Shown here: piece by piece, positions 29,840 through 38,754 of the stretch
Position numbering within the stretch: position 1 is the first letter of the stretch
Layout of the letters: every line of letters starts with the position of its first letter
Assembly (NCBI GenBank): GCA_027451805.1
Contig: DAIDIF010000263.1
Span: forward strand, 1-62,804
DNA: 62,804 nucleotides
From: Acidobacteriota bacterium
GTDB lineage: Bacteria > Acidobacteriota > Terriglobia > Terriglobales > SCQP01
Reading direction: 5' to 3'
Notes under the pieces: generated by a model
The model's input: only the letters and a program-made list of their open reading frames with translations
What the model was told of the DNA's origin: nothing
Databases searched by the model: none
Made by a program: the position numbers and the translations under genes

Positions 29840-31138
29840 ATGGACAAGCTGGTAATTCGCGGCGAGCAGAAGTTGCATGGGACGATCCGTGCCGGCGGGG
29901 CGAAGAACGCGGCGCTGCCGACGATGGCGGCCAGCCTGCTTACAGCGGAAGAAGTGACGCTGCGGAACGTCCCCGATGTAAGAGACATCCAGACAACGCG
30001 GAAGTTGCTGGAGGCGATGGGGGTAGAAACCGAGGGAAGCGGCGGACACCACCGAATTGCGATGCAAGCGCGGCACGTGACGCATGCGCAGGCGGATTAC
30101 GAACTGGTCAAGACGATGCGCGCCTCGACGCTGGTGCTGGGACCGCTGCTGGCGCGCACGGGCAAAGCGACGGTGTCGCTGCCGGGAGGATGCGCGATCG
30201 GAGCGCGGCCGATCGATTTACACCTGAAAGGCCTAGAACGGCTGGGGGCGAACCTACGGCAGGAGCACGGCTACGTGATTGCAGAAGCCGAGCGGCTGCA
30301 GGGCAATACCTACAGCTTCGACCGCATTACGGTGACCGGAACGGAAGACGTGCTGATGGCGGCGGTGCTGGCGCGGGGGGAAACGGTGCTGCGGAACTGC
30401 GCGCTTGAGCCCGAAGTGGTGGACCTAGCGGCATTGCTGGTGAAGATGGGGGCCAAAATCGAGGGCGCCGGAACGCCGGTGATCCGGGTGCAGGGCGTGG
30501 ACCAATTGGGCGGGGCGACGCATACGATCATCGCCGACCGGATTGAAGCCGGAACCTATGTGATGGCAGCGCTGATCACGGGCGGAGAGATCGAAGTGAC
30601 GCATTGCCAGCCGGAGCATTTGGAAGCGCTGCTGGAACGACTGGAAGAAGCGGGCGCGAAGATCCGGCGGAGTGCGAGCAGCATCGGCGTGGCGCGGGGC
30701 GAACGCCTGCGGGCAGTGGACATTTCGACGGCGGAGTTTCCGGGTTTCGCCACCGATTTGCAGGCGCAGTACATGGCGCTGATGACACAGGCGGAGGGTA
30801 CGGCGGTCATCACCGAGACGATCTTTGAGAATCGGTTCATGCACGCACTGGAATTGAGCCGGATGGGGGCGAACATCCGGATTGAAGGCAACCGGGCCGT
30901 GGTGCGAGGGCCGGCGCCGCTGACCGGAGCGGCGGTGCTGGCGAGCGACCTGCGGGCGAGCGCGTCGCTGGTGCTGGCGGGGCTGGCGGCGGAGGGGGAG
31001 ACGATCATTGACCGCATTTACCATCTGGACCGGGGATACGAGAAGCTGGAAGAGAAGCTGCGCGGGGCGGGCGCGGCGGTGCGACGGCTCGGGCGGCTGA
31101 TCCCGGTAGCCAACCAGCACAGTGCGGGCATAGCATAA
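29840..31138 (+). CDS. murA: UDP-N-acetylglucosamine 1-carboxyvinyltransferase
   Basis: GAKNAALP, MRAS..VLGPLL, LPGGCAIGARPIDLH, DRIEAGT, PGFATDLQ, IFENRFMH and HLDRGYE. Confidence 0.97.
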   Translation: MDKLVIRGEQKLHGTIRAGGAKNAALPTMAASLLTAEEVTLRNVPDVRDIQTTRKLLEAMGVETEGSGGHHRIAMQARHVTHAQADYELVKTMRASTLVLGPLLARTGKATVSLPGGCAIGARPIDLHLKGLERLGANLRQEHGYVIAEAERLQGNTYSFDRITVTGTEDVLMAAVLARGETVLRNCALEPEVVDLAALLVKMGAKIEGAGTPVIRVQGVDQLGGATHTIIADRIEAGTYVMAALITGGEIEVTHCQPEHLEALLERLEEAGAKIRRSASSIGVARGERLRAVDISTAEFPGFATDLQAQYMALMTQAEGTAVITETIFENRFMHALELSRMGANIRIEGNRAVVRGPAPLTGAAVLASDLRASASLVLAGLAAEGETIIDRIYHLDRGYEKLEEKLRGAGAAVRRLGRLIPVANQHSAGIA

Positions 31139-31166
31139 GCCCCGGGGCAGCTAGAATGGGCGCACG

Positions 31167-31628
31167 GTGACGGCCAAGGGATTTCTCAAGGCGTGGTGGC
31201 CGGCGGCGGTGATGTGCGCGGCCATCTTCGCGCTGTCGCAGGATCCGCACTCCGGCCGACACAGCGACGCGGTGCTGGGGTGGCTGCTGAGCCTGCTCGG
31301 GATGAACAGCGCGCACCTGCGGCATCTGTGGGACGCGCCGTTCCGAAAGTTCGCCCATGTCGTGGTGTACTTTTTACTAGGCGCATCGGCCTACTACGGC
31401 TTCGCCATGGGGCGAAGGTGGTTTTACTGGCTGGGTGCGCTGCGCACGGTGATCTTCTGCGCGGCGTACGCGAGCCTGGACGAGTACCACCAGGGATTTG
31501 TGCCGGGGCGTGGAGCAGAGGTGAGCGACGTCTTCCTGGACACCTCGGCCTGCTTGCTGGCGCTGGCAGTAATCTGGCTGTGGCAACGGCTGTGGCGCAG
31601 ACAAAACGCACAGCCGGCGGCGACCTAG
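31167..31628 (+). CDS. VanZ family membrane protein
   Basis: RKFAHVVVY, YASLDEYHQGFVPGR and DVFLD motifs, with about four TM segments. Confidence 0.85.
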   Translation: MTAKGFLKAWWPAAVMCAAIFALSQDPHSGRHSDAVLGWLLSLLGMNSAHLRHLWDAPFRKFAHVVVYFLLGASAYYGFAMGRRWFYWLGALRTVIFCAAYASLDEYHQGFVPGRGAEVSDVFLDTSACLLALAVIWLWQRLWRRQNAQPAAT

Positions 31629-31708
31629 CCCGGCGATTGAGGTTAGGGCTTTTGACCAATGCGCCGTGCCGCAGCGCCACTGCGTGTTAAAATCGCCGAT
31701 AGATTCCT

Positions 31709-33427
31709 ATGCCGCCGAAGTCCCCCCTCACGGGCCAGCGGGCACTGGTTCCGGCCATTTGCCTGGCTTCCCTTCTCGCGTTGGGCAACGCTGGATGCAT
31801 GTTCCAGCATCCACGGAACATCAACCCGCTGGCGAAACTGAAGTCAGAGCAGCCGGACAAGCAGTTGTACGATGTCGCGATGGCCGACATGGGCAAGGGC
31901 CAGTACACGGTGGCGCGTCTGAATTTGGAGACGCTGCTGAACACCTATCCGGACAGTGAGTACCTGGCGCGGGCGAAGATGGCGGTGGCGGACTCGTGGT
32001 ATCGCGAGGGGGGAATCGAGGGCTTGGCGCAAGCGGAAGCGCAGTACAAGGACTTCATCACCTTTTTCCCGGAGATGAAGGAAGCCTCGGAGGCGCAGCT
32101 CAAGATCGCGAAGATCCACTTCGAGCAGTTGCAGAAACCGGACCGGGATCCGACGCAGGCGGTGCAGGCGCAGGCGGAGCTGCGGACGTTTCTGGTGAAC
32201 TACCCGGACAGCCCGCTGCGGAAGCAGGCGGTGCAGATGCTGCGGGAAGTGCAAGAAGTGCTGGCGGAGGGAGAGTACCGCATCGGGGCGTTTTACCTGG
32301 ATCGGGCGCGGGAAGGAGATTTCGGCGATTATCGGGCGGCGCAGAGCCGGCTGGAGGATGTGCTGCGGAAGTATCCGCTCTATAGCCGGGGCGACGAAGC
32401 CACCGACGAACTGGCGAACTCCTACGTAATCACCTCCGGGCTGTATGCGGCGGCGGTGCAGTTCGAGCCCAACAAAGAGACGAAGCTCCTCTACCAGGCA
32501 AACGCGAACTTGGACCGGTCGAAAGCAATCGCCGCGTTTGGGAGGATGATCCAGCGGTACCCGCTCAGTCCGTACGCCAAGGATGCGCGGGAGGAGCTGA
32601 CGAAGATGCACGTGCCGGTGCCGGTGGCCACGCCAGCCGAGGTCGCCTTCAACCGGGCGGAGATCGAGGACCGGGCCAAGCAGCCCAAGCTGAGCGGCAT
32701 GGCCGCGGTCGAGAACGCGGTTTACTCACTGTGGAGCGGCAAGCCGGCGGCGGAGATCGCCCGCGCCGACCGGCTCGGAACACCGGCGCTGGCAGCGCCC
32801 GAGGCGCTGCCGCCGGACCCGCCGCCTGGGTTGGGCCGCTTGATTCACGACACGATGGTGGCGACGGGAGCGATTCCGGCGGACGCGAAGCCGAATGCGA
32901 ACTTGACCGCGGCCCTGACGGGGCTCAGCCCGAAGAGCGGAGCCGGCACGGAAGCGACCGCAAAGCCGGCGGCGCCGCTGGCGTTCGGGAGCGTGCCGAC
33001 AGAAACGCAGGCGCAGGCGCAATCGCAGTCGCAGGGGGCGGATACGCCGGAGACCGACACGCCGCAAGCGATGTCGGGCAGCAACTACAACGATCCGAAC
33101 GCCGTACAAGCGGCGGTGGCTCCGACGGACAACCTGCTGCTGACGCCGAACGAGGTTGACCTGGAAAATCGGGACGAGATTCTGGCGGCATCCATCCACC
33201 GCGATGTGCCGCCGCCGGCGGCGCAATTGCGGGAAACGGCGCGGAAGGAAGCGGCGGCGGAGAAGAAGTTCGTCGCCAAGCTCAAGGCGAATCTGAAAGC
33301 GGCGGAAGAGAAGAAGGCGAAGGCGAAGGGCGCGAGCAAGCCCAAGAGCGAGAGCGCCGCGCCGGCCGATCCGCCGCCCGCCAAGGCGGGCAAGAAGAAG
33401 TCCGGATTCCTCCACATCTTTGGGTGA
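31709..33427 (+). CDS. bamD: Outer membrane protein assembly factor BamD with a long C-terminal extension
   Basis: Lipobox GNAGC, TPR-like core (LLNTYPDS, AQYKDFITFFP, FLVNYPDS, KYPLYS) and about 270 aa of low-complexity tail. Confidence 0.88.
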   Translation: MPPKSPLTGQRALVPAICLASLLALGNAGCMFQHPRNINPLAKLKSEQPDKQLYDVAMADMGKGQYTVARLNLETLLNTYPDSEYLARAKMAVADSWYREGGIEGLAQAEAQYKDFITFFPEMKEASEAQLKIAKIHFEQLQKPDRDPTQAVQAQAELRTFLVNYPDSPLRKQAVQMLREVQEVLAEGEYRIGAFYLDRAREGDFGDYRAAQSRLEDVLRKYPLYSRGDEATDELANSYVITSGLYAAAVQFEPNKETKLLYQANANLDRSKAIAAFGRMIQRYPLSPYAKDAREELTKMHVPVPVATPAEVAFNRAEIEDRAKQPKLSGMAAVENAVYSLWSGKPAAEIARADRLGTPALAAPEALPPDPPPGLGRLIHDTMVATGAIPADAKPNANLTAALTGLSPKSGAGTEATAKPAAPLAFGSVPTETQAQAQSQSQGADTPETDTPQAMSGSNYNDPNAVQAAVAPTDNLLLTPNEVDLENRDEILAASIHRDVPPPAAQLRETARKEAAAEKKFVAKLKANLKAAEEKKAKAKGASKPKSESAAPADPPPAKAGKKKSGFLHIFG

Positions 33428-33439
33428 CCAGCGGGGGCA

Positions 33440-33925
33440 ATGCAAGCGGAATTCCGCATCGGCGCGGGTTGGGATTCGCATGCGTTCGCGCCGGGGCGGC
33501 GGCTGTGGCTGGGCGGGCTGGCGATCGAACATTCGCAGGGGCTGGCGGGGCACAGCGACGGCGATGTGCTGCTGCACGCGGTGTGCGATGCGCTGCTGGG
33601 CGCGATCGGCGAGGGCGACATCGGAACACACTTTCCGGCCAGTGACGCGAGATGGCGGGGTGCGGCGAGCAGCGTTTTCGTGCGGCATGCGGCGCAGCTG
33701 GTTCACCAGGCGGGATGGGAAATCGCCAACCTGGATTCGACCCTCATCCTGGAGGAGCCGCGGATCGGACCGCTGCGGGAGGCGCTGCGGGAAAGCGTTG
33801 CGGGACTGCTGGGCATCGAAGGCGGACGGGTTTCGATCAAAGCGAAGACGCCGGAAGGGCTGGGCACGGGCGGCGCGGCAATCGCGACGGCGACGGTTCT
33901 GCTGCAGCGCGGGCAAGGCGGATGA
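33440..33925 (+). CDS. ispF: 2-C-methyl-D-erythritol 2,4-cyclodiphosphate synthase
   Basis: RIGAGWDSH, GHSDGDVLLHA, GDIGTHFP and SIKAKTPEGLG. Confidence 0.95.
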   Translation: MQAEFRIGAGWDSHAFAPGRRLWLGGLAIEHSQGLAGHSDGDVLLHAVCDALLGAIGEGDIGTHFPASDARWRGAASSVFVRHAAQLVHQAGWEIANLDSTLILEEPRIGPLREALRESVAGLLGIEGGRVSIKAKTPEGLGTGGAAIATATVLLQRGQGG

Positions 33926-34983
33926 ACATCGGCAACTTGATCACGGCGGTGGACCTGCACGCGGCAGGCGAGCCGGGGCGGGTGATCGTGGGCGGGGTGC
34001 TGGACGTACCGGGCGCCAGCATGTACGCGAAGATGATGCACCTGCGGGCGCACGCCGATCACATCCGGAAGCGGATGTTGCGCGAGCCGCGCGGCTACCC
34101 GGCGGCGAACTGCAACCTGATCCTGCCGCCGACCGTGGCCGGCGCACACGCCGGATACGTGATCATGGAGCAGGTGGAGTATCCGCCGATGTCGGGGACG
34201 AACACGATTTGCGTGGCGACGACGCTGGCGGAAACGGGGATGGTGGCGACGCAAGAAGGCGTGAACCGGCTGCAGCTGGAGGCGCCGGCGGGCCTGATTG
34301 AAGTCGAGGTGGAGATGGCGGCCGGGAAGGCGCGGCGGGTGACGTTCGAGAACGTGCCGGCGTTCGCGGCGCACCTGGACGCGCCGGTGGAAGTGCGGGG
34401 GCTGGGGACGGTGAAGGTGGACGTGGCCTGGGGCGGGATGTTTTACGCAATCGCCGACGCAGAGCCGCTGGGGCTGCGGCTGACACCGGACGAGGGGCGG
34501 GACATTGTGCGGATTGGGGAGATGATCAAAGCGGCGACGCGGGAGCAGTATCCGGTGGTGCACCCGGAGAACGCCGACATCACCGGGCCGACCATCGCGC
34601 AGCTTTCGGCGGCGTCAGACCAGGCGGGCGTGGACCGGAGGAACGCGGTGATCGTCTCGACCGGGACGCTGGACTGGGAGCGGCCGAACTCGTGGACGGG
34701 GACGCTCGACCGATCACCGTGCGGGACGGGGACGTGCGCGAAGATGGCGACGCTTTATGCGCGGGGACAACTGAAGCTGGGGCAGGACTTCGTGCATGCG
34801 GGCGTGTTGGGAACGACCTTCACCGGGCGATTGGTGCGCGCCGCGCAGGTGGGACCGTATGCGGCGGTGGTACCGACGATCAGCGGGCAGGCGTGGATTA
34901 CCGGACTGGCGCAGTATGTGCTGGACCCAAGCGACCCGTTCCCGGAGGGGTATACCGTTGGCGATTTGTGGGGCGGGGCGTAG
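33922..34983 (+). CDS. Proline racemase superfamily protein, Ser/Cys active-site type
   Basis: D.HAAGEP.R, REPRG, MSGTNTIC, VDVAWGG.FY and DRSPCGTGT. ATGA overlap with ispF. Confidence 0.9.
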   Translation: MNIGNLITAVDLHAAGEPGRVIVGGVLDVPGASMYAKMMHLRAHADHIRKRMLREPRGYPAANCNLILPPTVAGAHAGYVIMEQVEYPPMSGTNTICVATTLAETGMVATQEGVNRLQLEAPAGLIEVEVEMAAGKARRVTFENVPAFAAHLDAPVEVRGLGTVKVDVAWGGMFYAIADAEPLGLRLTPDEGRDIVRIGEMIKAATREQYPVVHPENADITGPTIAQLSAASDQAGVDRRNAVIVSTGTLDWERPNSWTGTLDRSPCGTGTCAKMATLYARGQLKLGQDFVHAGVLGTTFTGRLVRAAQVGPYAAVVPTISGQAWITGLAQYVLDPSDPFPEGYTVGDLWGGA

Positions 34984-35066
34984 GGCGGGTCGCGGCCCAG
35001 CGGCGTAGGAAGCGGGTCCCGCATGACCGCGAGCTAGGCGGAACCCAAAACTTGCTTCCCAGAATG

Positions 35067-35428
35067 TGGTGGAGGCGGTGGGAGTTGAACCCACGTCCGA
35101 AGGTGCTGCCGATGAGGAGAACTACGGGCGTAGTCCGTTCAGGCCTTGCTAGCGTTTCACGGTCAGAGCGGACAAGAACCGCCAAACGCCATCCCCTACC
35201 TCGTGAGAGGCTCTCGCCAATAACGCCGGAGCTTGCGCTACTGACCAGCCTGCAAGAATGACGTCCGCACCGGGCCTACAGGCGAACCCGGGAGAACGAC
35301 GCAACTAATTAAGCTGCGTATGCCAGTTGGTTAGAATTGGCACTTGTGGTTTTCCATGCGATTACGGGGGCATGGTACCCGGCACGCCTCCCCATCTCAT
35401 CCACCCCCGTCGAAACCGGGACGCCCCC
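35067..35428 (-). ncRNA. ssrA: tmRNA (transfer-messenger RNA), tag peptide ANSNQLAYAA
   Basis: 5' end GGGGGCGTCCCGGTTTCGACGGG, 3' end GGACGTGGGTTCAACTCCCACCGCCTCCACCA. Tag frame 35341-35309 reads gcc aat tct aac caa ctg gca tac gca gct taa. Confidence 0.96.
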
Positions 35429-35449
35429 AGCTCGAAAAGAGCAGATTTC

Positions 35450-35458
35450 ATTATAGCA
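35450..35458 (-). promoter_or_regulatory. Extended -10 promoter of ssrA
   Basis: Minus strand TGcTATAAT, 21 nt upstream of the mature tmRNA 5' end. Confidence 0.7.
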
Positions 35459-35513
35459 GGCGCAGGGACACGAGCGCGAGGGGACGGCGGCGGCGCGGTA
35501 TGATCAGACAACC

Positions 35514-36332
35514 GTGCTGCTGAGCGAGAGCGAGCTGCGAGCGGCGCTGGAGCCGCTGTTGGAGAGGATTCTGGCGGAGCGGCTGCGGCTGTTCCAACTG
35601 CAACTGGAGCCGCGGCTGCAGGCCATGGTCGCGGCAGCCACGCGGGAGCGCGACCAGGACACGGGCTGGGGCGAAGGGCTGCGGCGACTGGGGCAGGCGC
35701 AGCCGGCGAACACCTGCTTTGGCGAGTTGTTCGAGCTGGTGGGCGCGGTGGTGGGGCGGGCGCGGGCGCTGCTGGTGGAACGGCGGGGAGAGATGGCGGT
35801 ATGGCGGCAGGAGGGAACGGCGCTGCCACTGCGGTTCGCGGCGGCGAGCCGCAACGCCTGGCTGCGGGAGGGAACGACGGCCGGCATCCGGGTGCGGGGG
35901 CGAAGCGTGGGGGCACTGTACTGGCCAGGCGGGGCGCTGGAGAAGGCAGCCATGGCGCGGGTGGAACTGCTGACGGAGATCGCCGGGCTGGCGCTACTGG
36001 CTGGAGCCCTGCCGGCAGCGCCAGCCTCGCACCCAGCGGCGGCGAGCGCGGGGGTGCCGCCGCGAGCCCTGCCGGAGACTCGAGCGGCGCGGAACGAAGC
36101 GGAAGCACGGGCGCAGCGGTTTGCACGGCTGCTGATCGAGGATCTGAGCCTTTATTTGCGGAAGGAGCGGCTGCGGGAGGTCGAGGCGGCGCGGATAAGC
36201 GGGGATTGGGAACAGCGATTTGCGCCGGAACTGGCGCGGTGCCGGCGGGCATTTCTGGAACGATTTCCGGCAGGCGGCGAGATCGAAATCGAGATTCTTG
36301 AGGAGGAAACGCCACGGCTGGCGTCGGAGTGA
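35514..36332 (+). CDS. Hypothetical protein, possibly a degenerate GAF-like core plus a helical C-terminal domain
   Basis: Open frame with codon style like its neighbours, TATGAT upstream and a GTGA overlap with slt. C-terminal ARAQRFARLLIEDLSLY helix. Confidence 0.7.
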   Translation: MLLSESELRAALEPLLERILAERLRLFQLQLEPRLQAMVAAATRERDQDTGWGEGLRRLGQAQPANTCFGELFELVGAVVGRARALLVERRGEMAVWRQEGTALPLRFAAASRNAWLREGTTAGIRVRGRSVGALYWPGGALEKAAMARVELLTEIAGLALLAGALPAAPASHPAAASAGVPPRALPETRAARNEAEARAQRFARLLIEDLSLYLRKERLREVEAARISGDWEQRFAPELARCRRAFLERFPAGGEIEIEILEEETPRLASE

Positions 36333-38542
36333 AAGGGGCAGCGCTTGGTGCGGGGCTGGCGCTGGCGGTGGCGGCGGGCCTGGGGGCGCAGAGCGGCGAA
36401 CTGACGCAGGCGCAGGCGGCGCGGATCTATATCCAGGCGGGCAAGCTGGCCACGCCGGGGCTGGTGCCAACGCAGGCGATCAGTCCGCACGAGGTATCGG
36501 ACGCGCAGGGCAGGCTGCGGACGATTGCGACCTCGGGGGCGACCGAGCAGGAGCGGGCCCTGGCGGCGATGGCGCTGGGGCTGGGCGAAGGCGAACGGGG
36601 CGAAGAACTGCAGGCGAAGGCGGACCTGACGCTGGCGGCGCGCTGGGTGCCGGCGCGCGACGCAGCCACGGCGGCGCTGGTGGAGTTTGAGGAGGCGGCG
36701 AGCAATGCGGCGGGAGCACTGGAGGCGGCGGACGCCTACGCGGTAGCGGTGACGGACCCGTTTTACCAGCAGATCGCGGAAGCCGCGGCGAAGGCGGGAG
36801 CGGAGAACGGCGACTGGCCGGAAGCCGTGCGTTGGACGGAGCACCTCGCCGAGAACCCGGCAAACCTGTGGCTGCGGGCGCAAGCGGAAGCGGGCACGCA
36901 GAACGCGCGGGGGGCGGCGCTGGCGGTGCGAAGGCTGGAGTTCCGCTACCCGGCTTCGGCGCAGGCGGCGAAGGCGAGCGCACAGTGGCGGCGATACGAA
37001 AAGGCGATGCCGGAGTTGCGGCCGGACTGGCAACTGGAGGCGGAGCTGGCGCGGTCGTGGAGTTCGGCGGGACAGCCGCGGAAAGCGGCGGAGGCGTGGG
37101 CCACGACGGCGCGGATGGCGCCGACGAGAGAGCGGGCGGAACTGGAGTGCGTGGAGGCTCGGGCCTGGCTGGCGGCGGGACAGACGGGAAAGGCGCAAGG
37201 GCTGGCGAAGCGGTTGGCGCGCTCGACGCAGCGGGCGCAGGCGCTGGAGATCGAAGTCGAGCTGGGACGGCGGCAGCACAAGCTGGCGGCACTGGCGGGG
37301 CCGCTGGGTGAACTGGCAGCGGCATATCCACGCAATGGATGGTATGCACGGGCACTGCACGAAGCCGGCGACGAGGCGATTCTGGAAAACGACGATGCGG
37401 GCGTGTTGAACGCCTTCGACACGCTGACGGCGCGGTTTCCGAATTCAATCTATACACCGGAGGCCACATGGCGCGCGGCGTGGACCGCGTACCGGCTGGG
37501 GCGAGCGGATGCCGGGCAGCGGATGGAGGCGTATCTGCGGCGGTATCCGCGGGGCGGGGACGTGGCGGATGCGCTCTACTGGATGGGGAGATGGCTCCGG
37601 AGGCACGGAGCCAAGCGGGAAGGCAATCTGTGCCTGAGCGTGGGGGCGCAGCGGTTTCCGGGCACCTACTTTGGGATGCAGGCGCGGCAGGCGCTACCTG
37701 CGACGGCACCGAGGCCGGCAACGGCGGCGGAAGCGCCAGGCTGGCTACGGCCAGTGCTGGGGATAAGGCCGGCGAGGGCCGAAAGGGCGCCAGTAGCGCG
37801 AGCGGCCAGGGACCTGATCGCGCGCGCGCATGAGTTGCAGGCGGCCGGCCTGCTGGATCCGGCGGCAACGCTGCTGGAGGCGGCGCTGCGACAGGAGCGA
37901 CCGGGCAGGGGCGAGCTGGGACTGGCGCGGCAGGTAGCGCAGCTGGAGGATGAACGTGGCAACTGGTATTTCGGGCTACGGGCCATGTTGCGGGCGTTGC
38001 CGGATTACCTGGAGGTCCCGGCGGAGGCACTGCCGGCGAGCGAGTGGCGGCGGCTCTATCCGATTCCATACCCACGGCAGATTGCGGCGGCGAGCGAGCG
38101 GTATGGGATTGGGCGGGATTTGCTGCTGGGGGTAATGCGGCAGGAGTCGGGGTTCGACGCAAAGTCGTTGTCAGGCGCACGAGCGCGAGGGCTGATGCAA
38201 CTGGAACTGGGGACGGCGCAACGGGTATTTGCGCACCTGCCGACAGCGTGGCAGGCGCTGGCTGATCCGGGCCGGCTGCGCGCCGCCGATCTGTTCAACC
38301 CAGGCTTGAGTATTGCGCTGGGGGCCGCGGACCTGAAGCGAGAGTTGGGGATTTTCCCGACGACGGCGGCGGCACTGGCGGCGTACAACGCCGGGCAAGC
38401 GCGGGTGCGGATGTGGGAGGCGCAATTTCCGAGGGCGCATGGCGACGTTTTTATAGAAACCATCCCGTTTACGCAGACGCGGGGATACGTGGAAGCAGTG
38501 CTGCGGAATCAAGCTGCATACCGGCGAATCTATGGACATTAG
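36329..38542 (+). CDS. slt: Soluble lytic transglycosylase (Slt70-like, TPR-like region plus SLT domain)
   Basis: Signal peptide, helical repeats and catalytic motifs RQESGF, ARGLMQL, AAYNAG, FIETIPFTQTRGYV. Confidence 0.9.
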   Translation: MKGAALGAGLALAVAAGLGAQSGELTQAQAARIYIQAGKLATPGLVPTQAISPHEVSDAQGRLRTIATSGATEQERALAAMALGLGEGERGEELQAKADLTLAARWVPARDAATAALVEFEEAASNAAGALEAADAYAVAVTDPFYQQIAEAAAKAGAENGDWPEAVRWTEHLAENPANLWLRAQAEAGTQNARGAALAVRRLEFRYPASAQAAKASAQWRRYEKAMPELRPDWQLEAELARSWSSAGQPRKAAEAWATTARMAPTRERAELECVEARAWLAAGQTGKAQGLAKRLARSTQRAQALEIEVELGRRQHKLAALAGPLGELAAAYPRNGWYARALHEAGDEAILENDDAGVLNAFDTLTARFPNSIYTPEATWRAAWTAYRLGRADAGQRMEAYLRRYPRGGDVADALYWMGRWLRRHGAKREGNLCLSVGAQRFPGTYFGMQARQALPATAPRPATAAEAPGWLRPVLGIRPARAERAPVARAARDLIARAHELQAAGLLDPAATLLEAALRQERPGRGELGLARQVAQLEDERGNWYFGLRAMLRALPDYLEVPAEALPASEWRRLYPIPYPRQIAAASERYGIGRDLLLGVMRQESGFDAKSLSGARARGLMQLELGTAQRVFAHLPTAWQALADPGRLRAADLFNPGLSIALGAADLKRELGIFPTTAAALAAYNAGQARVRMWEAQFPRAHGDVFIETIPFTQTRGYVEAVLRNQAAYRRIYGH

Positions 38543-38553
38543 GCGAAGCGGGG

Positions 38554-38583
38554 TTGCAAAAGGGGGGGCGGTGGTGGTGAACT
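38554..38583 (+). promoter_or_regulatory. Putative sigma70 promoter for the extended-SD small RNA/ORF unit
   Basis: TTGCAA (38554-38559), 18-nt spacer, TGAACT (38578-38583) preceded by TG at 38575-76. The -10 box is imperfect. Confidence 0.45.
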
Positions 38584-38611
38584 GGAAGCACGCAGGAAAG
38601 GAGGTGGTCCA

Positions 38612-38671
38612 GTGGATTCATCCGGCAGTAGACAGAACAGAACTTGGACTTGCGAGGTGGCTGAGGCCTAG
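38612..38671 (+). CDS. Candidate 19-aa small ORF MDSSGSRQNRTWTCEVAEA behind an extended 16S-complementary SD
   Basis: AGGAGGT core (38599-38605), 6-nt spacer, GTG 38612 and TAG 38669-38671. Not in the supplied ORF track. Confidence 0.55.
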   Translation: MDSSGSRQNRTWTCEVAEA

Positions 38672-38754
38672 GCGTTCAGGCCAGCCTGAGAGGCGTCCTG
38701 GACGCCCCAGCCAATTCCATCAGTCCACCGCTTCGAGCCTTGCCGCTCGAGGGG

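Noticed and set aside
38590-38620. A 16S rRNA gene fragment on the minus strand as the source of the 16S-complementary sequence
   Set aside because: The match stops after 17 nt. The flanks do not continue into helix 45 or ITS-like sequence, and the plus strand has promoter, ORF and terminator logic.
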